Part shown: positions 27,269 through 38,439 of the stretch, piece after piece
How positions within the stretch are numbered: the stretch's first letter is position 1
Layout of the letters: every line of letters begins with the position of its first letter
Origin: Octopus vulgaris
Taxonomy: Eukaryota
Assembly: GCA_951406725.2 (NCBI GenBank)
Contig: OX597817.1
Span: forward strand, 35,216,001-35,280,000
Length of the DNA: 64,000 bases
Direction: 5' to 3'
Made by a program: the position numbers and the translations under genes
Notes under the pieces: model-generated
What the model saw: only the letters and a program-made list of their open reading frames with translations
Told to the model about the DNA's origin: nothing
The model's database searches: none

Positions 27269-27512
27269 TACCTTGTTTTTTGTTTTATTCTTCATAAATT
27301 TGAATAAATTGTAATTTCATCATGCCATATAGTAAAACATAGCAGATTCGAATTATCTTCATGACTAAATACAGAAAGCATCCGCAGATTAACAAAATCG
27401 TGCGGGTGGAAACCGCTTGTATTGCTGTTCTTTATTCACGAACCTTGCTGACAGTGATAGTCGTCTATGGTATGATGAAATTACAATTTATTAAAAAAAA
27501 AAAAGGAATGGA

Positions 27513-27632
27513 ATGCTTACAGCACCTAGGGTTCCCAAGCGGTCACCCATCCAAGTACTAACTAGGCTCGATGTTGCTTAACTTCGGTGATCGGACGAGA
27601 ACCGGTGCTTTCAACGTGATATGGCCGTAAGC
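27513..27632 (-). rRNA. 5S rRNA
   Basis: Full 5S sequence. Confidence 0.97.
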
Positions 27633-28041
27633 ATCAAAGTGGTAAATTTTAATATATTTATTCTATAAACTGATACTAGAACTTCTTATTTTAGTAGAAT
27701 AAGTTTATCCTCTCTAAAATTTATAGTTTTTTACATTCGTTAACAACACATTGTTTAACATATATTACACTTTTTTTTCATTTTTCTTACCGAGTCCTAA
27801 ACTAGAGATTAACAACGCGAGATGTGAAAAGTTTTCTCGTACAGATCAACGTGTAAGGAACGTAGTTGCCTAACTTGCTGCTGTATAATGTGGTTTAGGT
27901 AACTAAAGACTCAAATTACCGTAACAATGAGAAGGAAAATAGGAAAATAGGAAAATTTCATAAGCCGTAATAAAAACGAAGTTAAATCAAATAGAGTTTC
28001 AGTAGTAGTAAAAAAAAAAAAAAAGAAAAAAACAAAAGGGA

Positions 28042-28161
28042 ACGCTTACGGCACCTAGGGTTCCCAAGCGGTCACCTATCCAAGTACTAACTAGGCTCGA
28101 TGTTGCTTAACTTCGGTGATCGGACGAGAACCGGTGCTTTCAACGTGATATGGCCGTAAGC
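28042..28161 (-). rRNA. 5S rRNA (variant)
   Basis: Full 5S with a substitution in box C. Confidence 0.93.
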
Positions 28162-29129
28162 ATCAGTTTAATAAATTTTAATCTATTTATTCTATAACCT
28201 GACACTATAAACTGATGCCAAAACTTCTTTTTTTCTTAAGAACAACTTTTTATAAAAAATTTATGTACAACTTAAGGCAAGTGTGATGTAAACTTTTATT
28301 GTCATATATAACATAAACATGTACATCTTTTAAAACATTGTCATTTTAGAAGATTTTGCTTGCAAATTTTTGAAATAACATAAACATTTATATGAAAGAA
28401 AATTACTGGAGTAAGCAAGACCTTCCTTTGTACTCCCCACCAACACCCATATGTAGCTGGAGTCAGGATTTACGTATAATGGTAACACTTATAAGTAACG
28501 GATTTATCATTATATATCCCTATTTAAAAAGCTAAATATATTTATCTATTTCCAAATAGGAAACATAATAAAGTAACGTTACACTAACAGTAAACAAACC
28601 AACCAGAAAATATCCGCTATATAAGAAAAACTTGGTAAACCGCTATAGTTGAAGATAGCTTTCATATCATGATTGTTGTACGATCATCAACCAGAGAGAA
28701 CAAGGAACAAATATCGCAAAACATTTTCTGCGACACTTAATCGATTTGTTTATTCTTTAACTTTAGAAAGAGAGATAATTTTCGCGTTAGCTGAAAATGT
28801 TGGTCAATCATATTACTTTGACTAATAAATATAACTGGTTTTTTATTTACCATAAAGGTAGGGACAAAGAGAGGGCAGACAAAGGGGTCGGGGGATGTGT
28901 AAGTGTTGGTGCGAGTGTTCGACTGTTCAGCATTGTGAAAGTGAAAGACAATGTTTATTTTTTTCTACCGAGATCGCTAAGTTGGTACTGTGAAGACGAA
29001 AGATAATGTATTTTTACCGAAAGATTACCAAGTTTATATAAACTAAAAGAAAGAAATATATATTCTGAAGAACGAAATTGTGGTAGTATCTGTTTATAGA
29101 ATAAATATATTAAAATTTATTACTCTGTT

Positions 29130-29249
29130 GCTTACGGCCATATCACGTTGAAAACACCGGTTCTCGTCCGATCACCGAAGTTAAGCAACATCGAGCCTAG
29201 TTAGTACTTAGATGGGTGACCGCTTGGGAACCCTAGGTGCTGTAAGCAT
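29130..29249 (+). rRNA. 5S rRNA
   Basis: Full 5S sequence. Confidence 0.97.
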
Positions 29250-30274
29250 TTTTTTTTTTTTTTTTTAAAGTTTAAACGAATTGTAATTTGATCATAAGAA
29301 GCATTAAAACACAGCGGATTCGATTTATTTTCATTATTAATTACAGAATGCATCCGCAGATTTACAAAATGCAGCACGTGGAAACCTCTTCTATGGCTGT
29401 TCTTTACTCACGAACCTTATTGGTAGTGATAATCGTTCACCTAAGTTTATTAAAGTTTTCCTATGAAGATACTGAAAATAGATTTCATGTCATAATTGTT
29501 CTACAACCACCAACCAGAGAGAACAGGAACAAAGACTGCAAAACAGTCCGATACTTAAACGGTTTGCAAATTCGGTAACTATATAAAGGGAGATAATTGT
29601 TACTTTAGTTGAAAATGTGTTCAATTATATCCCTTTGACCAATAAATATAACGCATAACTTTAAAAGACAAAAACTTCATATACTTGTTCCAGTAGTGGT
29701 TGGTCTTATGGCCTTCACAGACTCTCGTCGCCGGTAAGATTGATGATGTTAACGTTCTCCTAAACATTTTCGAGCCAGCTACAGAAAAAAAGAAACGTGC
29801 ATAAAGGAAAACAATCCAAACAAATAAAATTCTGAGAAGAAATGCATAGGTTCGAGCATGTTGTATTGGTGAGCGACTGCATAGCATCGGCTGGCTGCGC
29901 TTTTGGTTCCAACCTCGGATATCCCTGTGTAGCAGCAGAACTAACTCAGATGCCGGAAACAAATGTTTTGTAGTATTTGTTCCTGTTCTCTCTGGTTGAT
30001 GGTCGCGCAACAATCACGAAATGAAAGCTATTTTCAAAATCTTTAATAATCTCTAATAACTTTAATAATCTTAAGTGGACGATCATCACTGTCAATAAGG
30101 TTCGTGAATGAAGAACAGCCATACAAGAGGATACAACGAGCTGAATTTTTTAATTTACGAATGTTTTCTATATTCAATAATGAAGATAAATCGAAGTCGC
30201 TATTTTACTGTATCATATGGTGAAATTACAATTAGTTTAAATTTATTAAAAAAATAAAATAAAAAATTAATGGT

Positions 30275-30394
30275 ATGCTTACAGCACCTAGGTTTCCCAA
30301 GCGGTCACCCATCTAAGTACTAACTAGGCTCGATGCTGCTTAACTTCGGTGATCGGACGAGAACCGGTGCTTTCAACGTGATATGGCCGTAAGC
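30275..30394 (-). rRNA. 5S rRNA (variant)
   Basis: Full 5S sequence. Confidence 0.94.
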
Positions 30395-30941
30395 ATCAGA
30401 GTTGTAAATTTTAATCTATTTATTCTATAAACAGATACTACCACAATTTTGCTCTTCAGAATAAATTCATTTTCCTTAAATTTATATACAACTTAAGACC
30501 CCAGTCGGATTTTTGTTAAAAATCAATGTCATGGGTGAGTCTCTGACTTTATACTTCATCTCCATATTAATGAACAGTAAAACACTTGCTCATCATTGAC
30601 GTCACATATGCTACTACCGAGACACTGCCCAGTTTAACTTCGTTTTCATTGCGACTGATGAACTTTTCCGATTTTCACTCTCATTCTTACCGTCATTCAA
30701 GTTTCATTTACCTGGCACCCATTATACACCAGCAAATCACGCTGCTACGTTCCTTACACGTTCGTCTTTACCACAAAACATTTCACATTTCGTGCGCCAA
30801 CTCTTTACGTGAAACGTTGTTATATGACGTGATACGATCGCTATATCCATTGGATTAGATATAAAATAGCACCAATTATTTGCCAACTATAACCACGGGT
30901 CTGACAATAAGTAGTTGATAATAGAAATAGAGGCGGACGTG

Positions 30942-31263
30942 GGCACTGTCATGCTTTTAGTTGTCAGAAGTGAAAGTAATCAACTTCGTGTATTTACGTC
31001 AGGTTTATACCTTCGTTAATTTACGCCGTTTATTTACGTACCACCACGCTGTTAGGTTTATAAAACAATTGAAGTTCAGTTTAAAGTTTATAAATATATA
31101 CATTTCATGTGTAATGTATACACATGTATATATATATATATATATGTATACACACATATATATATATATATATATGTATACACACACATATATATATATA
31201 TATGTATACACATGTATTTATATATATATGTATACACATGTATTTATATATATATGTATACAC

Positions 31264-31319
<56 letters not shown>

Positions 31320-31777
31320 AGACACATCTTTAATTAAACTATTGACCGCCTTAAAACGGATTTCAACAGACAAATATTACTATGATGGATAATATAAGCA
31401 TAAACTACTTATACACACGTACAATAAATACAGACACACACATTAGTCAGACATATAGCCACATATACACACACACACGTGTGTATGATTGGTGTATGTG
31501 ATCGCGGTGGTGGTGGTCATTTGTGCAGATTTGGTGTGATTTATTTTTTTAAAAACAATAATGAATAATGCAAGAATATATTTATTTATAAAGTTTAAAC
31601 AGAACATGGAATGAAATGTATTTATTTATAAACTTTAAACTGAACTTCAATTGTTTTATAAACCTAACAACGTGGTGGTAAGTAAATAAACGGCGTAAAT
31701 TAACGAAGGTATAAACCTGACGTAAATACACGAAGTTGACTACTTTCACTTCTGACAACTAAAAGCATGACAGTGCC
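30942..31777. mobile_element. Non-autonomous DNA transposon/MITE with ~167-bp TIRs and an internal TA-rich microsatellite
   Basis: 30942-31108 (GGCACTGTCATGCTTTTAG...) is the near-perfect reverse complement of 31611-31777. The element is absent from the homologous spacer at ~20620-20680. Confidence 0.88.
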
Positions 31778-32361
31778 GCATCGTGACTTACTGGTGTATA
31801 ATGGGTGCAATCAATCGGTTTTGGTCTCCATTCATTGTCTTTCACTTGTATGTATGTGTATCTCTATACGTGTGTGAGTGAGTTAGTGCATGATGTTGAT
31901 CGTGCAGACGAAGAATAGAGTGTCTGTGTGTGACCGTGGTTTTCAATTTTCAGTTGCAAAAAATAAACATTAAAGAAATAAAAAATATTTATGGAACTTG
32001 CCGAACAAATACTTGCATTTCTCGGAGACCATAATCAATTGATTGTCTAAAAACTTAAAAGACCGTAACAATGATAAGAAAAATAGGAAAAGTGTTGCGA
32101 TAAAAATGGAGTTAAATTGACAATGCTTCGGCGTTTGTTTAATACATCAATAAAGAGTAATTGTTGGTGCGAGCGCGTGCTTGATTGTCCCGCTCCGTGA
32201 AGCCGTTGGAAACAATGACACAGACTCATTTATGACATCGCAGATTTTTAACGAAAGAGTGTCTTAAATTGTATATAAATTTTCAAAAGAATTGTTCTGA
32301 AAAACAAAATTGTGATAGTACCAGTTTATAGAATAAATATATTAAAATTTGCTATTCAGAT

Positions 32362-32481
32362 GCTTACGGCCATATCACGTTGAAAGCACCGGTTCTCGTC
32401 CGATCACCGAAGTTAAGCAACATCGAGCCTAGTTAGTACTTAGATGGGTGACCGCTTGGGAAACCTAGGTGCTGTAAGCAT
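32362..32481 (+). rRNA. 5S rRNA
   Basis: Full 5S sequence with poly-T. Confidence 0.96.
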
Positions 32482-32524
32482 ATTTTTTTTAAAATTTCAC
32501 CATATGATATAGTAAAACTCAGCA

Positions 32525-33010
32525 GAAAAAAAATGTGTGTAATAGGTGTAAAACAACTTCTTCTGAACGAATATGAAAAAAAAAAAAATGCGCGCACGCG
32601 AAAGGGGAGTGGGGGAGAGGCCTCGGAAAATTCACATCGGGAATTTCCGAAAGCGTCTGAGGGTCTGACCCGGGTACCAAAACAAAAAAAAAATAGTGTA
32701 ATATGTGTAAAACAACTTGCTCTAAACGAATATGACAAAAAAAATGCGCACTCGCGAAAGAGGGGTGGGGGAGAGGCCTCGGAAAATTTACATCGGGAAC
32801 TTCCGAAAGCGTCTGACCCGGGCACAAAAAAAAAAACAAAAATAGCGTAATAGGTGTAAAACAACTTGCTCTAAACGACTATGCTGAAAAAAATGCGCGC
32901 TCGCGAAAGGAGGGTGGGGGAGAGGCTTCGGAAATTTCACTTCTTCAGTCCACGGCCTTTAAACTAAGAAAAAATAGTGTAATTGGTGTAAGACTACTTG
33001 TTCTAAACGA
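32525..33010. repeat. ~150-160-bp tandem repeat, ~3 copies (possibly subterminal repeats of the adjacent DNA transposon)
   Basis: AAAAATGCGC..CGCGAAAGGxGGGTGGGGGAGAGGCCTCGGAAA recurs at ~32585, ~32740, ~32890. Confidence 0.8.
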
Positions 33011-33275
33011 TTATCAAGAACACACACTCACACATGAATCATAAACTCCGTATTTTTGTACATATTTCGCAAAAAAAAAAAAAATAAAGAGAAGAAATTC
33101 TGGAAAAAGTGAAGAAATGTCGGATCTCCGCCATGTGAATCAAAATACGTGTCAGAAACATCTTGAAATACTACAGAAATTATGTTATGAAAATGATAAT
33201 GTATACATACCTCTTTGAGTGGTCCATCGACAGTGATGATAAAGAAATGAGATGGGTTGCGTTTGGAGGAAAAAA

Positions 33276-33716
33276 TTATCTCGGGCCAGGATAAAGACTT
33301 GCTGCTGTCAATAAGAATACGTGTATTCTCTTGGCAGCAGGTTTGATGCTTTCCATAAATAGGAACTTGGCGAGGTATTGCTTTAAGTAACAGGTACGAA
33401 TGCCTGGGCGAACAACTGATCTCTTAACTGACCCCCACAATCTCTCTATCGTCTGTGTGTGCACCGACGCGTTTGTAGGATCAACAAAATTTTCACTGTG
33501 GTTGATGCGGAAGTGGGTATAGCCGAGATTTCCAAGAGAGTTATACGCAGCCAAGAATCGCTACATACTATGGACCCTTGGCGTATATATCGGGTAATTA
33601 AGGGGATCTGTGTGGCGGCATCTCGCCTTTCCTCTTCACCACACTCAGATGAAAGAAAGTATCAAAACTTTTTTTTGGCTACTCGCTCTATCCCACCTTC
33701 CTGTATCAAGTGACCG
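33276..33716 (-). pseudogene. Merlin/ISXO2-like DDE transposase, C-terminal half, frameshifted
   Basis: GGIER..KKF*..RDAATQIPLITRYIRQGSIVCSDSW / AAYNSLGNLGYTHFRINHSENFVDPTNASVHTQTIERLWGSVKR..LKQYLAKFLF carries the SDxWxAY, NHSENFVDP and HTQTIERxW motifs of IS1595/Merlin. Confidence 0.92.
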
Positions 33717-34235
33717 GCAGTGGCATAGTAGCCACATCTTCTTACATGACATGTGCCTCAACGGGCTCTGCTTCTTCGCCACAACTTCTTGTTACAGCAC
33801 TTCAACTATTGTGTACCTTACTACGAACTGGTATCTATCTTCCTTATGTCTGAACATTCTTCTAGCGTCCTATTATAGACTCTTTCAATGCTCTGTACTT
33901 CCGCACACGCATACATCCTTGTTTGTACACATACACTTTGTATACTTGACGGCCTGTCTATTGTTATTATTAACATTATGCATATATGACGCACACTCAG
34001 ACACACATGTTAACACCTAAATAAAATCTCTTAAACCTTCTACCGGTTGTGTCGTTTCTTTTCCTTCTGTCACTTGTACTCATCCTTTTTCGTATATATT
34101 GCAATATTGTAAGGTGTATTATAGGAGCTCATTCATCGTCACCTCTCCTTCGCACGGTCGTTCTTACAGACCTATTTATAAATGTTCTGAAATCTTTCAC
34201 AGCCTTGGATTTTTATCTCATTCTATTAATTTACA

Positions 34236-34369
<134 letters not shown>

Positions 34370-34569
34370 GGTGAATGAATTATCCTATGTTTATCGTCAG
34401 CATGGAAAATTCGTTGAACCGAAACCAGGGTAGCAAATTCACGTCAGAAACACGGTTGAAGCGACCTGTCCAAGGGTAGAAACTCCGGGTTCATGTGCAG
34501 AAATTTGTGTGTTGTATATGAATAAATGAAAGAATGGAGTCGAACGAAGATGTTAACAAAATTCCTTTA

Positions 34570-34651
34570 CTCTCGACATATGTTTCGAAGACAACATGGT
34601 TTCATTCCAAAGGAATAAAGGGTGCATTATGCAATCTTCTCATCAGGAAAG
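34570..34651 (-). ncRNA. Type I hammerhead ribozyme (predicted)
   Basis: Minus strand CTTTC-CTGATGA-GAAGA...TCTTC-GAAA-CATATG-TC^GAGAG: intact core, stems I and II pair, palindromic stem III, GUC site. Confidence 0.85.
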
Positions 34652-34928
34652 ACAGGGAGCCTCTCTCGACAACAAGACAAACAAAAATTTCGATGACTGC
34701 CTACATGGTAAACAAAACGATAATGAGAGTTTTTAAAAAAACCGTTAGAAGAATTGACGTCAAAGATAGATAGTAGGAAGAGAAGGGTTAAAGGAATAAT
34801 AGGTAGGGAACAAGTGGAGAGGGAAGGGTACGTTGATTGAAAGAATGTTCGAAGGCTTAGGAAAGAATTTCGCTATTGAAGTGGAGTGCACGTTAAGCTA
34901 ATTGTTCAAACCACAGTGACTATCGTTA

Positions 34929-36404
34929 TCATTTATATGAGTAGAAAGTATGTTTCTGCCAGTGTTTACATCTGTATGATTTTTCTATGAGTGTGTTTAC
35001 AAGGGGAACCTTAGAGAAGAGAATATGGAAGAGTTCAGAGTTGCAAATGTTACAAAATCTCCTGCCCTTATCGAAAGGAAAGGATACAGACAGTGTGAAC
35101 CAATCTAACTTGAAATTTATATTGTTGTCTTTAAGACGCCAAACTAATTTACTTAGCCCTGTACTATGTCGTTTTTTACTATCCCTGAATGTTGAATAAT
35201 GGTTTGAAATTCTCTTGGATAACTGAGAAGTGGACGCTCCTATATAGAAGACATCGGTACCGGAAGAAATTCTACACTGGTAAATAGAATTCTTAATCTT
35301 AGAATTACTAGACAAAAATTTAATTCTGTTGGAGTTGTCCTCCGAGATCGAAACGAAGTTTCTATTGCTATGATTGTTGTTACTATTATTATTAGCGCCA
35401 ACAACTACACTATTTCTATTATTATTAGTATTATTAATGGTAATGCAACCAGTAATACCACCGACAATAATACCGTTATTGTTATTACCATCAACATTAC
35501 CATTGTTATTAACACGACTAATACTATTATTAATATTATCATTGTTAACACTATCGCTGCTACCAATGCTATTACTATTAATACTATTCCTATTATTATG
35601 ATTGTATGATGGGTTGGAATTAGCAAGATTAGTGTTGGAACTCCCGGGTGAAGAATCTTTGTTTAGCAGCTTGGTATTGTGAGAAGATATAATTTGTGAA
35701 AGATTTCTAGTGTTAGAGAAAGCGATTCTAACTATGTGGGAATTGATAATAGAATGATATCTGGAATTTCTGGGAAAGTTCCCAGCAACGGCTTCACGGA
35801 ACTGCAAGGGAAGGTTCGATTTAATTTGTTTTCCGAAAGGTATTACGAACCAGATACAGTTTTTTGTGGCCTTTGAATTGTATTTAGTATTATTTGTGAA
35901 AGTAAGGGGAAAATTTCTGGGTTGGAAATTTGGGGTTGAATGGTGCTTACCTCTCCTAGTCCGTAAAGAATTTATTTTATGTACAGGGTTGCTGGCACTA
36001 TTAGAATTGAAATCACTATTCCTATTACGAGTAACTTTTCTATCTGGAGAAGCAGATGTTGGTTTAGAATGAGCTGAATCGATGTATGACACTTTCTCCT
36101 TATAACCGGCTTTTAACAAGGCGGCGTTATAGAAGTCTGCTTTTTGGTTAAAGATGTCGAATTTGGCAGATAATTTAGACAGTCTGAAGGATATATTTTT
36201 GACTAAATTATCGGTAACTGGCCTGGCATGATTACTGTGAATGCTAATATACTTAAGATTTGTTGAAGGTTTATGATAAAGGAAGTATGAGTTATTCTGC
36301 AAATTGAGGGTAATGTCTAAGAAGTTGGCTTTAGTTAATTCATCGTCAAAAACGATGCGCAAGCCCATTCTACTAAAAAACCTAACTAGTCTGTTCTTAA
36401 CCTT

Positions 36405-36406
<2 letters not shown>
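34929..36406 (-). CDS. Partial PLE polyprotein: RT C-terminus, linker and GIY-YIG endonuclease (no start codon, 5'-truncated)
   Basis: ~490 open codons: GLRIVF..ANFLDITLNL..YHKP..YISIHSNH; IWFVIPF; NSIYQC..FYIGAS..KRISNH; CNICNSE..LVN..RCKH. The ORF-track start at 36479 is an artefact of reading through (TA)n. Confidence 0.85.

Positions 36407-36460
<54 letters not shown>
36407..36460. repeat. (TA)n microsatellite
   Basis: Seen directly. Confidence 0.95.
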
Positions 36461-36461
<1 letters not shown>

Positions 36462-36493
36462 CCAAGAAAAAAGCAACAATAATGGATTAGTAG

Positions 36494-36582
36494 CTTAGTA
36501 CAATTGTTTCATACTAAGAACAATTTTATTTAAAGCTGCAAATATTGCAGCAGATACAAATGTCCAGTATTCATCAGCTAAA
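36494..36582 (-). ncRNA. Type I hammerhead ribozyme (predicted)
   Basis: Minus strand TTTAG-CTGATGA-ATACT...AGTAT-GAAA-CAATTG-TA^CTAAG. Confidence 0.78.
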
Positions 36583-36867
36583 TCACATATATGTTTTACA
36601 GACATCCTAGAGAGTTTGACTATCCTCATGAAGTATTAGGAGTGAGTTCTATGAAACATGTCTCCGGAAATTATATCTGCATTTTTATGGATAGATTCAC
36701 CTTCTCTGGGAAGTTAACAATTTTTTAAAAAACTTTTTATAAAACTGTGCATCATTAGAAAGCATTTAAGTCTGCTTATAATTTGACTTTAAACTTCATA
36801 GAACTCACTCCTAATACTTCATGAGGATAGTCAAACTCTCTAGGATGTCTGGAAAACATATATGTGA

Positions 36868-36956
36868 TTTAGCTGATGAATACTGGACATTTGTATTTGC
36901 TGCAATATTTGCAGCTTTAAATAAAATTGTTCTTAGTATGAAACAATTGTACTAAA
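36868..36956 (+). ncRNA. Type I hammerhead ribozyme (predicted)
   Basis: TTTAG-CTGATGA-ATACT...AGTAT-GAAA-CAATTG-TA^CTAAA: perfect stems I and II, palindromic stem III, GUA site. Confidence 0.8.
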
Positions 36957-37099
36957 CTACTAATCCATTCTTGTTGCTTTTTTCTTGGTTATAATCACCC
37001 CACATTATTTTATGGCTAATACCATAAAGAATTCTGGTGCATCTAAGTTAAGTACCATATTCATTTGAATTCATTTGAATTCACTTGAATCTTAATTGT

Positions 37100-37105
<6 letters not shown>

Positions 37106-37162
<57 letters not shown>
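37106..37162. repeat. (TA)n microsatellite
   Basis: Seen directly. Confidence 0.95.
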
Positions 37163-37163
<1 letters not shown>

Positions 37164-37283
37164 TGTTGTGTCCGGGGAGAGTCATTCTCTTTTAGTGCCT
37201 TATAATTTAACACACTCACGAGTAAAATTTCCACTCATTTACTTATTTATTTTTCTAAAATTTTCGTTGTGTCTTGCAGCATT
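37163..37283. mobile_element. Partial copy of the 20341-type MITE
   Basis: CTGTTGTGTCCGGGGAGAGTCATTCTCTTTTAGTGCCTTATAAT matches the TIR. Confidence 0.7.
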
Positions 37284-37339
37284 TTCAGTAGTTGTTGATT
37301 GTCCAGTATCTAAGCTGTGTTCTTTTTGTTTGTTTGTGC

Positions 37340-37760
37340 GAATGTGTGTGGGTCAGTGTGTGTACGCATACAGATGTATGTATGTATGTATGTATGTATG
37401 TATGTATGTATGTATGTATGTATGTATGTATGTATGTATGTACGTACGTACGTATGTATGTATGTATGTATGTATGTACGTGTGTATGTATATATGTATG
37501 TGTGTATGTATATATGTATGTGTGTACGTTTGTATGTATGTATTCTGCATATTCATGTGTTTGTGTGTTTTTGTGTGTGTTTCCATGTATGTGTGTGTGT
37601 GTGCATGTTTGAGTGTGTCTGTGTGTATGGGTTTTTGTGACTATGTACTGTGTTTGTATGTGTGGATGTGTGTCTCCATATGTGTCCTTGTGTGAAGTGA
37701 AGTGTGTGTGTATATGGTCATGTGTTTCAGTCTTCATTTGCGTATGTGTGCGTGTCTGTT
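37340..37760. repeat. (TATG)n / degenerate (TG)n simple repeat
   Basis: Seen directly. Confidence 0.9.
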
Positions 37761-38439
37761 CATATTACCTATATACTTATCCGTCTGTGTGTCTATCAGC
37801 TTACTTTCATATCCATTTGCCTACACACATGTGCATCTACATATACAGACATACACACACATACATCTACATAACATCCCACTAACTATTCTATCTCTAT
37901 ATAAATAGAAACTGTGGGTATGGGGATATGATTATCTACTACGTATATTTCCTATTTAGTAGTGGGGTTGTTTCATTTATGAGGACGTACTCCTGTATTT
38001 GTCTGAGTGTTGGGTCATTGGGGGCTTCAATAAAATACGGATGTCAAGTTGCCCCAGGTTGCCCTCATGTTGGTCCTTACATTTGTAGAGTATGGAGGAC
38101 TGTTTTTTGTCGTTATATTGTCGTCAAAAACAAAAAGTCCTCCATACAAAAAACAAAAAAACAGTCCTCCATTCTCTACCAACATACCAAGGACCAGCAT
38201 GGAGGCAACCTGGGTCAACGTTTGTATGTGTCTGTGCATGAGTTCGTGCGCGTGTATGTGTGAGTGTTTTCCTGTTACAGTTGATTGGTTAGGATATCAA
38301 AGGAGTTTAGAGGTGCATTTTGTTTTCTGTTACAATATGAATTTTGTACGTTGAAGGAGCCCACATGCATTCACGATTCTCTACGTAGATGTATCTTTTA
38401 GACTTTTTTCTCACAACACAATAACTAGCTATATACAGA

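Larger units (their letters stand above)
24630..29724 (-). repeat. Inverted, slightly diverged copy of the 5.2-kb unit (no SINE, four intact 5S genes)
   Basis: Reverse complement of unit positions ~1545 down to 1, then 5228 down to ~1550. The same ORFs appear on the + strand (26228, 28797, 29288). Confidence 0.93.
36457..37105. mobile_element. (TA)n-flanked foldback element with 199-bp inverted arms (36457-36655 / 36795-36993), each with a hammerhead; likely PLE-derived
   Basis: The arms are reverse complements with ~4 mismatches around a 139-bp spacer. Confidence 0.75.

Noticed and set aside
34394-34400. Second CTGACGA hammerhead core on the - strand near the PLE end
   Set aside because: No stem II or GAAA follows before the (TA)n tract.
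34929-36406. Selenoprotein-type Naiad
   Set aside because: No in-frame UGA in the retained ORF; the terminal TGA is followed immediately by TAA.
36656-36794. Decayed PLE endonuclease C-terminus in the foldback spacer (CLRKLYL.. / KLCIIRKHL)
   Set aside because: Similarity is too weak to assert without a profile search.
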